From the IMG/VR virus record IMGVR_UViG_3300031963_000013: a stretch of DNA of 64,000 bases; one strand, written 5' to 3'. Made by a program: the position numbers and the translations under genes. The stretch comes from a virus. Below, in pieces: positions 11,085 through 20,884 of this stretch; the first letter of the stretch is position 1; every line of letters begins with the position of its first letter. Under the pieces are notes generated by a model, which saw only the letters and a program-made list of their open reading frames with translations, searched no databases and had not been told where the DNA came from.

Positions 11085-12947
11085 ATGCACATTACGCAAT
11101 CGATATTAAGCGATTTGACTACGTACATGAAGTACTCAAAGTACAAAAAAGAGTCAAAAAGAAGAGAATCTTGGAAAGAGTTAGTAGACAGGAACAAGAG
11201 CATGCACTTGAAGAAATTTCCTGAGTTAGAAAAAGAAATAGAACACGCTTATTCGTATGTGTACGATAAAAAAGTTTTGCCTTCTATGAGAAGTATGCAG
11301 TTCGCTGGTAAACCTATAGAAATATCTCCAAATAGAGTATATAACTGCGCGTATCTACCAATTGATGATATACGCTCATTTTCAGAGGTTATGTTTCTTT
11401 TGTTGGGAGGCACAGGCGTTGGATACTCTGTTCAACGACACCACATAGAAAAGCTTCCAGAAATTATAAAACCAAACGCTAACAAACACAGAAGGTTTTT
11501 GATAGGAGACAGCATCGAGGGATGGGCAGATTCGATCAAAGTATTGATTAGATCGTATTTTGAAGGCGGTTCAACGGTTGTTTTCGATTTCTCAGACATT
11601 AGAGCAAAAGGAGCCGAACTAGTTACATCAGGAGGTAAAGCACCTGGTCCTCAACCGTTAAAAGAGTGTTTGGTAAAAATCGAAGGCATTCTATCTACAA
11701 AAGAAAATAACTCAAAACTTTCTTCGATAGAAGTTCATGACATCGTTTGTCACATAGCAGATGCTGTATTAGCAGGAGGAATTCGTAGAGCAGCACTTAT
11801 CAGCTTATTTAGCGCTGATGATGAGGAAATGATAGCTGCAAAATCTGGAGCCTGGTGGGAATCAAACCCGCAACGTGGAAGAGCTAACAACTCTGCTGTG
11901 TTATTGAGAAATAAAGTAACAAGAGAGTTCTTCATGTCTCTTTGGGAAAAAATTAAAAACTCTGGTTCAGGAGAACCCGGCATATACTTGAATAACGATA
12001 AAGATTGGGGCACGAACCCTTGTTGCGAAATCGCTTTACGCCCTTACCAGTTCTGTAACCTTTGCGAAGTAAATGTTTCTGATGTGGTAGATCAAGAGGA
12101 TCTAAACAATAGAGCAAAAGCGGCATCGTTTATTGGCACCCTTCAAGCTTCTTACACAGATTTCCACTACTTAAGACCTGTTTGGCAAAGAACGACAGAG
12201 AAAGAGGCTTTAATTGGCGTTGGCATGACTGGAATAGGTTCGGGAAAAGCTCAGAAGTTCGATCTTAAAGAGGCAGCATTGGCAGTAAAAGAAGAAAACG
12301 AAAGAGTGGCTAAAATGCTTGGAATAAACACCGCTGCGAGATGCACAACTATCAAACCTTCAGGTACAAGCTCTTTGGCGTTAGGCACGTCTTCAGGCAT
12401 CCACGCGTGGCACAACGATTACTATATCAGACGCATACGTGTTGGCAAAAACGAAGCAATATATACCCACCTATCAATTCACCATCCTGAGCTAGTAGAG
12501 GACGAGTACTTTAGACCTCACGATACAGCTGTTATTTCTGTTCCGCAAAAAGCACCAGACGGAGCTATATTAAGAACAGAATCCGCTTTAGATCTTTTGC
12601 AAAGGGTAAAGTTCTTCTACGAAAATTGGATAAAACCAGGACACAGAACAGGACAAAACACTCACAACATATCTGCTACGGTTTCTATAAAAGACAACGA
12701 GTGGGAAGAAGTTGGAGAGTGGATGTGGGAAAACAAACACTGTTATAACGGACTTTCAGTTTTACCTTACTCTGATCACACATACGTTCAAGCGCCTTTC
12801 GAGGATTGCACAAAAGAAAAGTACGAAGAGATGTTGTCACACCTAACAAACTTGGATCTTACTCAAGTTGTTGAATTCGAAGACTTAACCAATCTTAGAG
12901 CAGAGGCTGCTTGCGCAGGGGGAGAGTGTACTATAACAGAATTGTAA
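11085..12947 (+). CDS. nrdJ: Class II (adenosylcobalamin-dependent) monomeric ribonucleotide reductase
   Basis: YNCAY, GTGVG, TNPCCEI, FCNLCE, IKPSGTSS, C-terminal CAGGEC; no beta subunit nearby. Confidence 0.9.
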   Translation: MHITQSILSDLTTYMKYSKYKKESKRRESWKELVDRNKSMHLKKFPELEKEIEHAYSYVYDKKVLPSMRSMQFAGKPIEISPNRVYNCAYLPIDDIRSFSEVMFLLLGGTGVGYSVQRHHIEKLPEIIKPNANKHRRFLIGDSIEGWADSIKVLIRSYFEGGSTVVFDFSDIRAKGAELVTSGGKAPGPQPLKECLVKIEGILSTKENNSKLSSIEVHDIVCHIADAVLAGGIRRAALISLFSADDEEMIAAKSGAWWESNPQRGRANNSAVLLRNKVTREFFMSLWEKIKNSGSGEPGIYLNNDKDWGTNPCCEIALRPYQFCNLCEVNVSDVVDQEDLNNRAKAASFIGTLQASYTDFHYLRPVWQRTTEKEALIGVGMTGIGSGKAQKFDLKEAALAVKEENERVAKMLGINTAARCTTIKPSGTSSLALGTSSGIHAWHNDYYIRRIRVGKNEAIYTHLSIHHPELVEDEYFRPHDTAVISVPQKAPDGAILRTESALDLLQRVKFFYENWIKPGHRTGQNTHNISATVSIKDNEWEEVGEWMWENKHCYNGLSVLPYSDHTYVQAPFEDCTKEKYEEMLSHLTNLDLTQVVEFEDLTNLRAEAACAGGECTITEL

Positions 12948-13149
<202 letters not shown>

Positions 13150-13159
13150 AAATAAAAAA

Positions 13160-13360
13160 ATGACATTTGTTATAACAAGAGAAAGCGTGTATTTCGTTAT
13201 TTGTGTGGCATTGCTAATTTTACAGATATACCAATATTATAGACTAAATCAAACGGAAAAGCATGTTGAAATACTAACAAATCAACTAATGATATTGTTT
13301 TTATCAATAAGACCCAAAGAAGATGGAAAAAAAGAAATCCAAGAAGAAAAAGAAGGCTGA
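13160..13360 (+). CDS. Small membrane protein
   Basis: N-terminal hydrophobic helix. Confidence 0.55.
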   Translation: MTFVITRESVYFVICVALLILQIYQYYRLNQTEKHVEILTNQLMILFLSIRPKEDGKKEIQEEKEG

Positions 13361-13523
13361 AGGATTGGGAGACTCTATAGCAAAAGTCACCGAATTGCTT
13401 TATCTTGATAAACTAGCACAGTTTGTTGCTGAGTCTATGGGAGAAGATGATTGTGGGTGCACAAGGAGAAAAGAAAAACTTAACGAATTATTTCCATACA
13501 AAGATAAACACAAAGAAGAATAG
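13323..13523 (+). CDS. Small hypothetical phage protein
   Basis: GLGDSIAKVT...DCGC..RKEKLN pattern. Confidence 0.55.
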   Translation: MEKKKSKKKKKAEGLGDSIAKVTELLYLDKLAQFVAESMGEDDCGCTRRKEKLNELFPYKDKHKEE

Positions 13524-13525
13524 TT

Positions 13526-15835
13526 ATGACAACAAAAAGTTATGTGCTCGTAGACTCTTTAGACAAAGTTAAAGAGATGGCAAAGTATATTGCAAGCGAT
13601 GAATTGATATCGTTTGATACAGAAACAAACTCCCTTAACACAAGAAGCGGAAAAATAATAGGTTTTTCTGTTACATCAAAAATAGGTACTGGTTATTACA
13701 TACCAACGATGGTTTTTTCTGATGGACAATTAAAAGACTATTACATAGAAAAAAAGGAATTAGCTCACGAAATAGCAAAAAAATTGTTATCCCTTTTGGT
13801 TGGTAAAAAAATAATAGGTCACAACCTATCTTTCGATTGTAGATTTGTAAAAAACTTCTATGGTATAGACCTAACTCCTTACATACACGCAGACACCATG
13901 CTGCTTGTTCACACGTTAAACGAGGAAGGCGCAGGGTACTCTTCGAACTCTCCGTTTGCTTTAAAAGAAATAGCTAAAATGGTTCAGAGTCAAATCGGTT
14001 TGGACGTAACCGCTGAAGCGAACGAAGAGCAGATAGAGCTAAAATCTTCTATAAAAGCAAACGGAGGATCAATATCAAAAGACAACTACGAAATATATAA
14101 AGCAGATCTACAAATATTAGCTAAATACGCTGTCGCAGATACAGATCTTGCGCTTCGCATATTCAACTACTTCGAACCAAAACTTGACGAAGAGAATTTA
14201 AGAAAGTTCTTTTACGAAGACGAGGTGATGCCACTTTATAGAGAGGTTACTATACCTATGGAAGATTGCGGTGTTAAGCTTGACATGGATTTGATGTCAT
14301 CTGCGAAGCAGCGAATCTCAGCTGATCTAAAAAAGTATCATGATTTGGTTGTAAAAACGTTGTTAGAAAAAGAAAACGTCAGAACGTGGGTTTTGATAAA
14401 GGCGATGGACGCTTATCCTCCAAATCACAAAGGTTCATACGCTCAAGAGCTTGTAAAATATTACGATCTAAAACTTTCTATATCAGAAAAGACTGGTAAG
14501 TACTCGCTTAATTCGAACGATATCCACGATCTTGAAGATGGACCGATAAAAGAGTTCCTACTTACAGGAGACGAAACAAAGTTACCTGACGATGTCAAAG
14601 CTAAAATTTCCATGAACATGTGGAAAGAGAGTAATAATGGAAACTATTTCAATATCCAATCAAAGGATCACATGGGAGAAATAGCATTCGCAGCGTTGGG
14701 AATAAAGCCACTGTCTGAAACTAAAACTGGAAAACCCCAATTCGATGACGACTTGATTCAATCGATTGCACCAAAACACCCGTGGGCAAAAGACTTGCGA
14801 ATATACAATAAGCTGCTTAAAATAAAATCAACATACATCGATAGGTTTTTAGAAGCAGAAGAACACGGAAAATACTACTTTTATTACAAGCAACACGCAA
14901 CTGTGTCAGGAAGATACGGATCAGATGCGCAACAGTTACCCAGGCCAAAAGAGGACGGAGATGACGAACCTATAGTTATAGAGTACAATAACATGATTAG
15001 AGCTTTCTTTGTGCCTAAAGAGGGTAACATATTCATAGATTGCGATTACGAGTCTCTCGAACCAAAGGTGTTTTCTCACGTATCTAACGACGAGGGATTA
15101 AAAGACATTTTTAGAAACAATTGGGACTTTTACTCCACCATCGCAATAAAAACAGAAAAATTAAACCAATACTCTCCAGACAAAAAAGCGCCAAACTTCT
15201 TAAAAAAGGTTGCTCCCCAAATCAGAAACAAAGCAAAGGCTTACTCGTTGGGTATTCCTTACGGAATGGGTGCATACGCGTTGGGAATGACGCTTGGAGT
15301 TAAAAAGAAAGAGGCGGAAGAGCTTGTGAACGGATACTTAAACGGGTTTCCCAACCTTAAAAAATGGATGGAAGATTCTAGAGAATTTACAAAAAAGAAC
15401 GGTTACATAAAAACGCAAGTAGGAAGAATTAGACACTTGCCAAAAGTAAAAAAACTGTACGAACATTTTGGAGATTCTTTGTTAGAGTTTGAAACAAGAA
15501 GACAGCTAGAGAAAAGTCACGGACCCGATAAAGCAAGATCTCTAGTGTTAGATTACAAGAATGGTTTAAACAACTGCATCAACGTGCAAATACAGGGCCT
15601 TGCAGCTTCCATCGTTAATAGAGCTGCGATTGCCATAAACAGAGAGTTCAAAAATAAAGGCATAAACGGTTTGGTGATAGCGCAAATACACGATCAGCTG
15701 GTTATGGAAGTGGAAGAGCATCGCGCTGAAGAAGCTGCTAAAATAGTACAAAATAAAATGGAAAATACCACAGTGTTGAGCGTGGATTTAGTGGCTCCAC
15801 CAGCTATAGCCCACAATCTTAGAGACGGCCATTGA
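13526..15835 (+). CDS. polA: Family-A DNA polymerase (3'-5' exonuclease + polymerase)
   Basis: ExoI SFDTET, ExoII HNLSFD, ExoIII YAVAD; motif A DCDYESLEPK; motif B RNKAKAYSLGIPYG; motif C QIHDQL. Confidence 0.95.
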   Translation: MTTKSYVLVDSLDKVKEMAKYIASDELISFDTETNSLNTRSGKIIGFSVTSKIGTGYYIPTMVFSDGQLKDYYIEKKELAHEIAKKLLSLLVGKKIIGHNLSFDCRFVKNFYGIDLTPYIHADTMLLVHTLNEEGAGYSSNSPFALKEIAKMVQSQIGLDVTAEANEEQIELKSSIKANGGSISKDNYEIYKADLQILAKYAVADTDLALRIFNYFEPKLDEENLRKFFYEDEVMPLYREVTIPMEDCGVKLDMDLMSSAKQRISADLKKYHDLVVKTLLEKENVRTWVLIKAMDAYPPNHKGSYAQELVKYYDLKLSISEKTGKYSLNSNDIHDLEDGPIKEFLLTGDETKLPDDVKAKISMNMWKESNNGNYFNIQSKDHMGEIAFAALGIKPLSETKTGKPQFDDDLIQSIAPKHPWAKDLRIYNKLLKIKSTYIDRFLEAEEHGKYYFYYKQHATVSGRYGSDAQQLPRPKEDGDDEPIVIEYNNMIRAFFVPKEGNIFIDCDYESLEPKVFSHVSNDEGLKDIFRNNWDFYSTIAIKTEKLNQYSPDKKAPNFLKKVAPQIRNKAKAYSLGIPYGMGAYALGMTLGVKKKEAEELVNGYLNGFPNLKKWMEDSREFTKKNGYIKTQVGRIRHLPKVKKLYEHFGDSLLEFETRRQLEKSHGPDKARSLVLDYKNGLNNCINVQIQGLAASIVNRAAIAINREFKNKGINGLVIAQIHDQLVMEVEEHRAEEAAKIVQNKMENTTVLSVDLVAPPAIAHNLRDGH

Positions 15836-15841
15836 TAAAAA

Positions 15842-15870
15842 GTTAACATTAAGTTAATGTCACATTTAAA
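15842..15870 (+). promoter_or_regulatory. Candidate operator upstream of TonB receptor
   Basis: GTTAACA (15842) and GTTAATG (15853) 11 bp apart; perfect palindrome ACATTAA-G-TTAATGT at 15846-15860. Confidence 0.45.
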
Positions 15871-15907
15871 CTTTTTAAAAGTACTTTTTGTATTTATTTA
15901 AAATGAT

Positions 15908-18160
15908 ATGAAAAGGTTAATTTTATTGGTTTTATTTTTTATCTGTTTCTCTCTTAGTAGCTTTTGTCAAGACACCGTATTCAATAGGACACTATCTGAA
16001 ATTACAATTTACCACACAGGAAAAAAATCAAGCGAAAATTCTGTTTTAACTTCCATACGTAACAACTCTTCGATATCGGATGGTTTATCAATAGAGTTCG
16101 TTAAAAAAACACCTGATAGAAGTTTGGGAGACGCTTTAAAAAGAATAAGCGGAGTTACAGTACAAAACGATAAGTTTGTATTGGTTAGAGGGTTGGCAGA
16201 TAGATACAACTCTGCGATGCTCAATAAAACCATGCTTCCGTCAACAGAACCAGACAGAAGAGCGTTCTCTTTCGATATCATACCAACAAACTTGATAGAC
16301 AATGTAGTTGTTAATAAATCAGCGTCGGCTAACCTACCGGGAGATTTTGCTGGCGGAGTTATTCAGGTTTCTACTAAAGAGGTTTCTAACAACTTTTTTA
16401 ACATTGGAATTGGAAGCGGATACGGGTTGATTTCGACAAATAAAAAATTCCAATTGGTTGATAAGATAGATTTTCCAACAAACTTCCCGTCAACTTACAA
16501 ATTTAGAACAGGCAGCAACGGAGATAAGAGAGCTTATACTAAGTTAATGCCTTCTCCACTGTCTGAAAGTTTTACTTCTCCTTTGAATGTAAACAGCAAT
16601 TTATCTATTGGAATAAAGAAAAAAAGTTTCAATCTATTATTTAGCTCAACCGCAAGGAACTCGTTTTCTTTAAATTACACAGATAGACAAGACTACCAGT
16701 CTTCAACAGAACTCGCCTACAAATACAAGGACACTTCATTTATAAACACAAAGTCTGTCAACGGGTTATTAAACATAACTTATCTAAATAAAAATAGGTT
16801 TAGTCTCAAAACCCTGTTCAATCATCAAGTAGAACAACTGTACTTAGTTCGTAGCGGAGATAACTTCGATAACTTACAAAGCGTAAGAAGCAATTCTTCT
16901 AACAACGTTATAAAAACCGTAATTAACACTCAATTTGATTCCAAAATTAAAAATTGGAACATTAATTTGGGACACAACCTCACTCTTAGAGATCAACCCG
17001 ACTATAGAATTAATCCAGTAACTAAATCTTTAAACTCAAACGAAAACTACTCTATTGCTTTTAGAGATACATACAGATTCTGGAGCATTATGAATGAAAA
17101 CAGTTTTAATTTTGGTGTAAACACTAATTTTAAAAACTTAAAAATAGGCGGAAGTTACGTTAACCGAGGCAGATCTTTCCAAGCTAGAGTTTTTAGGTAT
17201 GATTTTATAGACATGTTAAACGAAATAACGAACAATACTGATAGGTATAGTGCAAATTTTAACTTGCTTAGCAGCTATGCTATGATAGATAAAGACTATA
17301 AAAAGTGGAAATTTAACGTAGGAATTAGAAACGAATACAACGAATTTAAAGTAAATACAGCGGATTTTAGCGGAGATGGGATTGAAGTTTATAGAAAATA
17401 TTTTGATCCTTTACCGTCATTAAATGTTTCTTACAATCTAGCAAAAACAAAATATAGATTCTCTCTAAGCAAAACTCTTTCCAGACCAGAATTTAGAGAA
17501 GTAGCCAATTTTGCCTATTACGATTTTGTAAGAAACGCACAATTGCTTGGTAATTCTAATTTACAAAAAACTGACATATACAACTTGGATTTGAAGTACG
17601 AATTTTATCCAAAGACAGGAGAAAATGTGTCTGTTTCTGTGTTTGGTAAAAATTTTCTTAGACCGATAGAACAGATTGTGGCAGATGGTTCCGTACCTTC
17701 AAATTTGTTATTGACTTACACAAATCCAAAATCTGCAGTATTATACGGTATAGAATTTGATGTTCGTAAAAAAATAAGTAAGGCTTTTGATTTTTACATG
17801 AATTCATCTTTTGTCAATTCTAATGTTAGGGGATTGAATCGCCAGATGCAAGGACAATCAAACTACGTAATAAACGGAGGCTTAAACTTTCATAAAAAGA
17901 ATAATACGGTTAACGTAACTTATAACAGGGTCGGAGATAGAATATCAGCTGTTGGCTTTCAAGGTTACGACGATATATTTGAAAATTCTAGAAACGTAAT
18001 AGACTTTGTATACCTATATAAACTAAAAAATACAGAGTTTAAGCTTGCCGTAAGCGATATATTGGCCCAACCAACAGTATATTACCAAAAAACAAGGGGC
18101 GAATTAATTAAAACAAACAACGAACAAACCATTTCAATATCATTAAACATAAACCTATGA
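15908..18160 (+). CDS. TonB-dependent outer-membrane receptor
   Basis: Signal peptide; plug motifs DALKRISGVTV, VRGLADRYN, FDIIP, GDFAGG; barrel motifs SRPEFRE, GNSNL, N.DLKYEFY; alternating C-terminal strand. Confidence 0.9.
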   Translation: MKRLILLVLFFICFSLSSFCQDTVFNRTLSEITIYHTGKKSSENSVLTSIRNNSSISDGLSIEFVKKTPDRSLGDALKRISGVTVQNDKFVLVRGLADRYNSAMLNKTMLPSTEPDRRAFSFDIIPTNLIDNVVVNKSASANLPGDFAGGVIQVSTKEVSNNFFNIGIGSGYGLISTNKKFQLVDKIDFPTNFPSTYKFRTGSNGDKRAYTKLMPSPLSESFTSPLNVNSNLSIGIKKKSFNLLFSSTARNSFSLNYTDRQDYQSSTELAYKYKDTSFINTKSVNGLLNITYLNKNRFSLKTLFNHQVEQLYLVRSGDNFDNLQSVRSNSSNNVIKTVINTQFDSKIKNWNINLGHNLTLRDQPDYRINPVTKSLNSNENYSIAFRDTYRFWSIMNENSFNFGVNTNFKNLKIGGSYVNRGRSFQARVFRYDFIDMLNEITNNTDRYSANFNLLSSYAMIDKDYKKWKFNVGIRNEYNEFKVNTADFSGDGIEVYRKYFDPLPSLNVSYNLAKTKYRFSLSKTLSRPEFREVANFAYYDFVRNAQLLGNSNLQKTDIYNLDLKYEFYPKTGENVSVSVFGKNFLRPIEQIVADGSVPSNLLLTYTNPKSAVLYGIEFDVRKKISKAFDFYMNSSFVNSNVRGLNRQMQGQSNYVINGGLNFHKKNNTVNVTYNRVGDRISAVGFQGYDDIFENSRNVIDFVYLYKLKNTEFKLAVSDILAQPTVYYQKTRGELIKTNNEQTISISLNINL

Positions 18161-19362
18161 AGAAATTAATCACGCTTTTAATGCTAACAACGTATTTGGT
18201 GTCTTGCAAAAAACAGTTGGGACAGGACGAAGACGTTTTGAACGTACCATCTTCCACAATCATATCCGGTACTATCAACACAACTATAAATTTGACTTCT
18301 GATAAAGTGTGGACTTTAAAGGGGTACGTTTACATAACAGACGGAGCAAAAATTATCATTCAACCCGGTACGGTTATAGTTTCTGATGTGGCCGAAAAGG
18401 GTGCTTTGTGTATAGAAAGAGGCGCTCAAATCATAGCAGAAGGAACTCCTTCAAAGCCAATAATATTCACATCAGGTAAGCCAATAGGAGAAAGATCCCC
18501 GGGTGATTGGGGAGGCATTGTTATTTTGGGAAAAGCAAAAACAAACAGATCCTCTGAACCCACTATAGAGGGCGGGATAGGTAGACCTTACGGTGGAACC
18601 AACAACGAAGATAACAGTGGAATATTAAAGTACGTTAGAATAGAGTACGCAGGAATAGCCGCTCTACCGAACTCAGAAATTAACGCGTTGACTTTGGGAG
18701 CAGTTGGATCAGGAACCACGATAGAATACGTACAAACAATATACGCTAATGATGACGCTTTTGAATTTTTTGGAGGCACAGTTTCTCCCAAAAACCTTTA
18801 TGCTTATGCAACAGCTGACGACGATTTTGATTTTGATTTCGGTTACACTGGCACTGTTACGAGGGGAGTTGCTAAAAGAGACCCATCTTTTGTAGACAAC
18901 GGAGACGCTGGGAATGGCGTTGAGTGCGACAACGACGGTGTTGGGTCACCTGCACAACCTTTCACACACCCCAAACTGGTTAGCATGGTTTTGATAGGTC
19001 CTTTTGAATCTTCTGCGTTATCGAACCACAATTTGGGTTTAAGGTGGAGAAGAGCTACTCAATTCACAGTTAGCGATTCTAAAATAATAGGTTACATGAA
19101 GGGTTCGTTCTCAATCGAATCAAATGAAACAGCACAATCGTACAGGGACAATTTGAGTGCTTTCACAAATAACGAGATTCAATCCTTTGATCCAACACAA
19201 AACTTCAGATCAACTTCGGTACTTTTAACAGCAGCGCAGATGAAAAGCAAAGCAATTGTTGAAGGCAATAAAGAAACGTTTTATACCAAAAACGAAGCTG
19301 AGACACTGTCTAAACCCTTTTGGGTAAATGGATGGACAAGGTTTCCACAAAAGGGGTATTAA
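18157..19362 (+). CDS. Lipoprotein (beta-helix-like), TonB receptor partner
   Basis: Lipobox LVSC; PGDWGGIVILG, SGILKYVRIEYAG, DDAFEFFGG, DDDFDFD. Confidence 0.8.
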   Translation: MKKLITLLMLTTYLVSCKKQLGQDEDVLNVPSSTIISGTINTTINLTSDKVWTLKGYVYITDGAKIIIQPGTVIVSDVAEKGALCIERGAQIIAEGTPSKPIIFTSGKPIGERSPGDWGGIVILGKAKTNRSSEPTIEGGIGRPYGGTNNEDNSGILKYVRIEYAGIAALPNSEINALTLGAVGSGTTIEYVQTIYANDDAFEFFGGTVSPKNLYAYATADDDFDFDFGYTGTVTRGVAKRDPSFVDNGDAGNGVECDNDGVGSPAQPFTHPKLVSMVLIGPFESSALSNHNLGLRWRRATQFTVSDSKIIGYMKGSFSIESNETAQSYRDNLSAFTNNEIQSFDPTQNFRSTSVLLTAAQMKSKAIVEGNKETFYTKNEAETLSKPFWVNGWTRFPQKGY

Positions 19363-19423
19363 AACCAATGTCACTTAAAAGATAAGTTGTTATAAGTTAG
19401 TAGAAAGTTGTTTATTTATACAT

Positions 19424-19495
19424 AAACGCTAGTACTTGGTGGGCTAGCAGTTACGAAAAACAATAATTAACCGCTCACTTAATAGGAGCACAAAA
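19424..19495 (+). repeat. 72-bp direct repeat, copy 1 (orphan copy of the hsp20 leader)
   Basis: 70/72 identical to 20160-20231. Confidence 0.95.
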
Positions 19496-19543
19496 TCTCA
19501 GAGATGGTCACTAACACATATTTATAATAAAACTAAGAGTACA

Positions 19544-20098
19544 TTGAAAAGCTTAATAACAATAATAAAAGAAATAATTGATCAATCTATTCAACAAGCC
19601 AAATACGAAAAATGGGAATTGGGTTTAATTAAAGCTTGGGGACAATTACTATATCTTGGCTATCATGAACTTCCTAAAACTATAAATAAAATTGTTGACG
19701 AAAAAATAACAAAAAAGACTTTTGAAGAATACTATGAAAATGCTGATACAGATGAAGATTTGCAAGATTGGATGAGCGATTCACCGCCTACTATGAATGG
19801 AGGATTTGCTGTATTTGATAAAAATAGATTATCTTCGATGTTAACACAAATTGCTAATAAAACAAAAACAACCGAACCAATAAAAGTTTATCGATACGAA
19901 AATGTAGACTATGAAGAGGGTTGGAATTCATACACTACAGACATAGATGATGCTACTTACGGCGGAGACAACTTAAGAATGAAATCTTATAATATACCGA
20001 CAGGCTATCCTGTTATATTTGCTGGAGATATTGCAGATAGAAACGAAGTAATTATAAACATGTCTTCAGCAGATAAAGCAAAGTTTTTAAATAAATAG
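19544..20098 (+). CDS. Putative ADP-ribosyltransferase-like protein (R-S-E type), inserted gene
   Basis: KVYR...WNSYTT...RNEVII spacing; own TATTTATA at 19519; AT-rich; lies between the 72-bp repeats. Confidence 0.45.
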   Translation: MKSLITIIKEIIDQSIQQAKYEKWELGLIKAWGQLLYLGYHELPKTINKIVDEKITKKTFEEYYENADTDEDLQDWMSDSPPTMNGGFAVFDKNRLSSMLTQIANKTKTTEPIKVYRYENVDYEEGWNSYTTDIDDATYGGDNLRMKSYNIPTGYPVIFAGDIADRNEVIINMSSADKAKFLNK

Positions 20099-20159
20099 TT
20101 TTAGTATCACTAAAAACTAAAACAGTAATAAGAATCCAAAATTAAGTATATTTATAAGC

Positions 20160-20231
20160 AAACGCTAGTACTTGGTGGGCTAGCAGTTACGAAAATTAAT
20201 AATTAACCGCTCACTTAATAGGAGCACAAAA
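20160..20231 (+). repeat. 72-bp direct repeat, copy 2 / structured hsp20 5' leader
   Basis: Hairpins GCTAGT..GCTAGC and GCTC..GAGC; preceded by TATTTATA at 20149. Confidence 0.9.
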
Positions 20232-20246
20232 CACAGGAGGTTTAAA

Positions 20247-20657
20247 ATGACACAATTACAACATTGGGCAATGGACCCATTCGACATCATGTGGAAGAAC
20301 TTTTTTGACACAAGTTCCACATTCAACAGCATCAAGACAAAGATCAATTATCCCGTAGACATTTACGAAACAGACAGCGGACTTAGGTTCGAACTAGCCG
20401 TTGTAGGTTTAGAAAAGAAAGACCTAAAAATCCAAGTGGAAGGAAATACACTTAGAGTGATTCACGAAGGACTTGGTGAAACGGAGACACGTGAATACAT
20501 TCAACGAGGTATCGCAAGACGATCCTTCGACCTTGCTTGGAGAGTTGCAGACAAATTCAATCTCGCTAAACTCGAAGCTACGATGGAAAAGGGGCTTCTA
20601 ATACTGGATGTTCCAGCAGAGAAGACTAAAATCCTAAAAGAAATCGCCATCAACTAA
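20247..20657 (+). CDS. hsp20: Small heat-shock protein Hsp20
   Basis: YPVDIYE, ELAVVG, RGIARRSF, ATMEKGLL alpha-crystallin motifs. Confidence 0.92.
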   Translation: MTQLQHWAMDPFDIMWKNFFDTSSTFNSIKTKINYPVDIYETDSGLRFELAVVGLEKKDLKIQVEGNTLRVIHEGLGETETREYIQRGIARRSFDLAWRVADKFNLAKLEATMEKGLLILDVPAEKTKILKEIAIN

Positions 20658-20680
20658 AGCTAAGCCCGCCAAGTTAAGTT

Positions 20681-20872
20681 ATGTTATCTATTTGTAAAAA
20701 TTACATAAAAGTAAACGAATCTCTTTTTTACGTAAAACGTACCTGGCCAGAAGAAAGGATCAAGAACGTAGATCTAATAAAAGAGTGGCTTAACACAGAA
20801 ACGGTGTTTAAAAAAGACGGTATTATATACTTTTGTCAACAAATAGAGGATCTTGAAATAATAAACAATTAA
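20681..20872 (+). CDS. Hypothetical protein
   Basis: 63 aa ORF with AAGTTATG start in the chaperone operon. Confidence 0.6.
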   Translation: MLSICKNYIKVNESLFYVKRTWPEERIKNVDLIKEWLNTETVFKKDGIIYFCQQIEDLEIINN

Positions 20873-20884
20873 ACAAAAACAAAT

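Noticed and set aside
20099-20246. CIRCE/HrcA operator before the chaperone genes
   Set aside because: TTAGCACTC-N9-GAGTGCTAA is not present.
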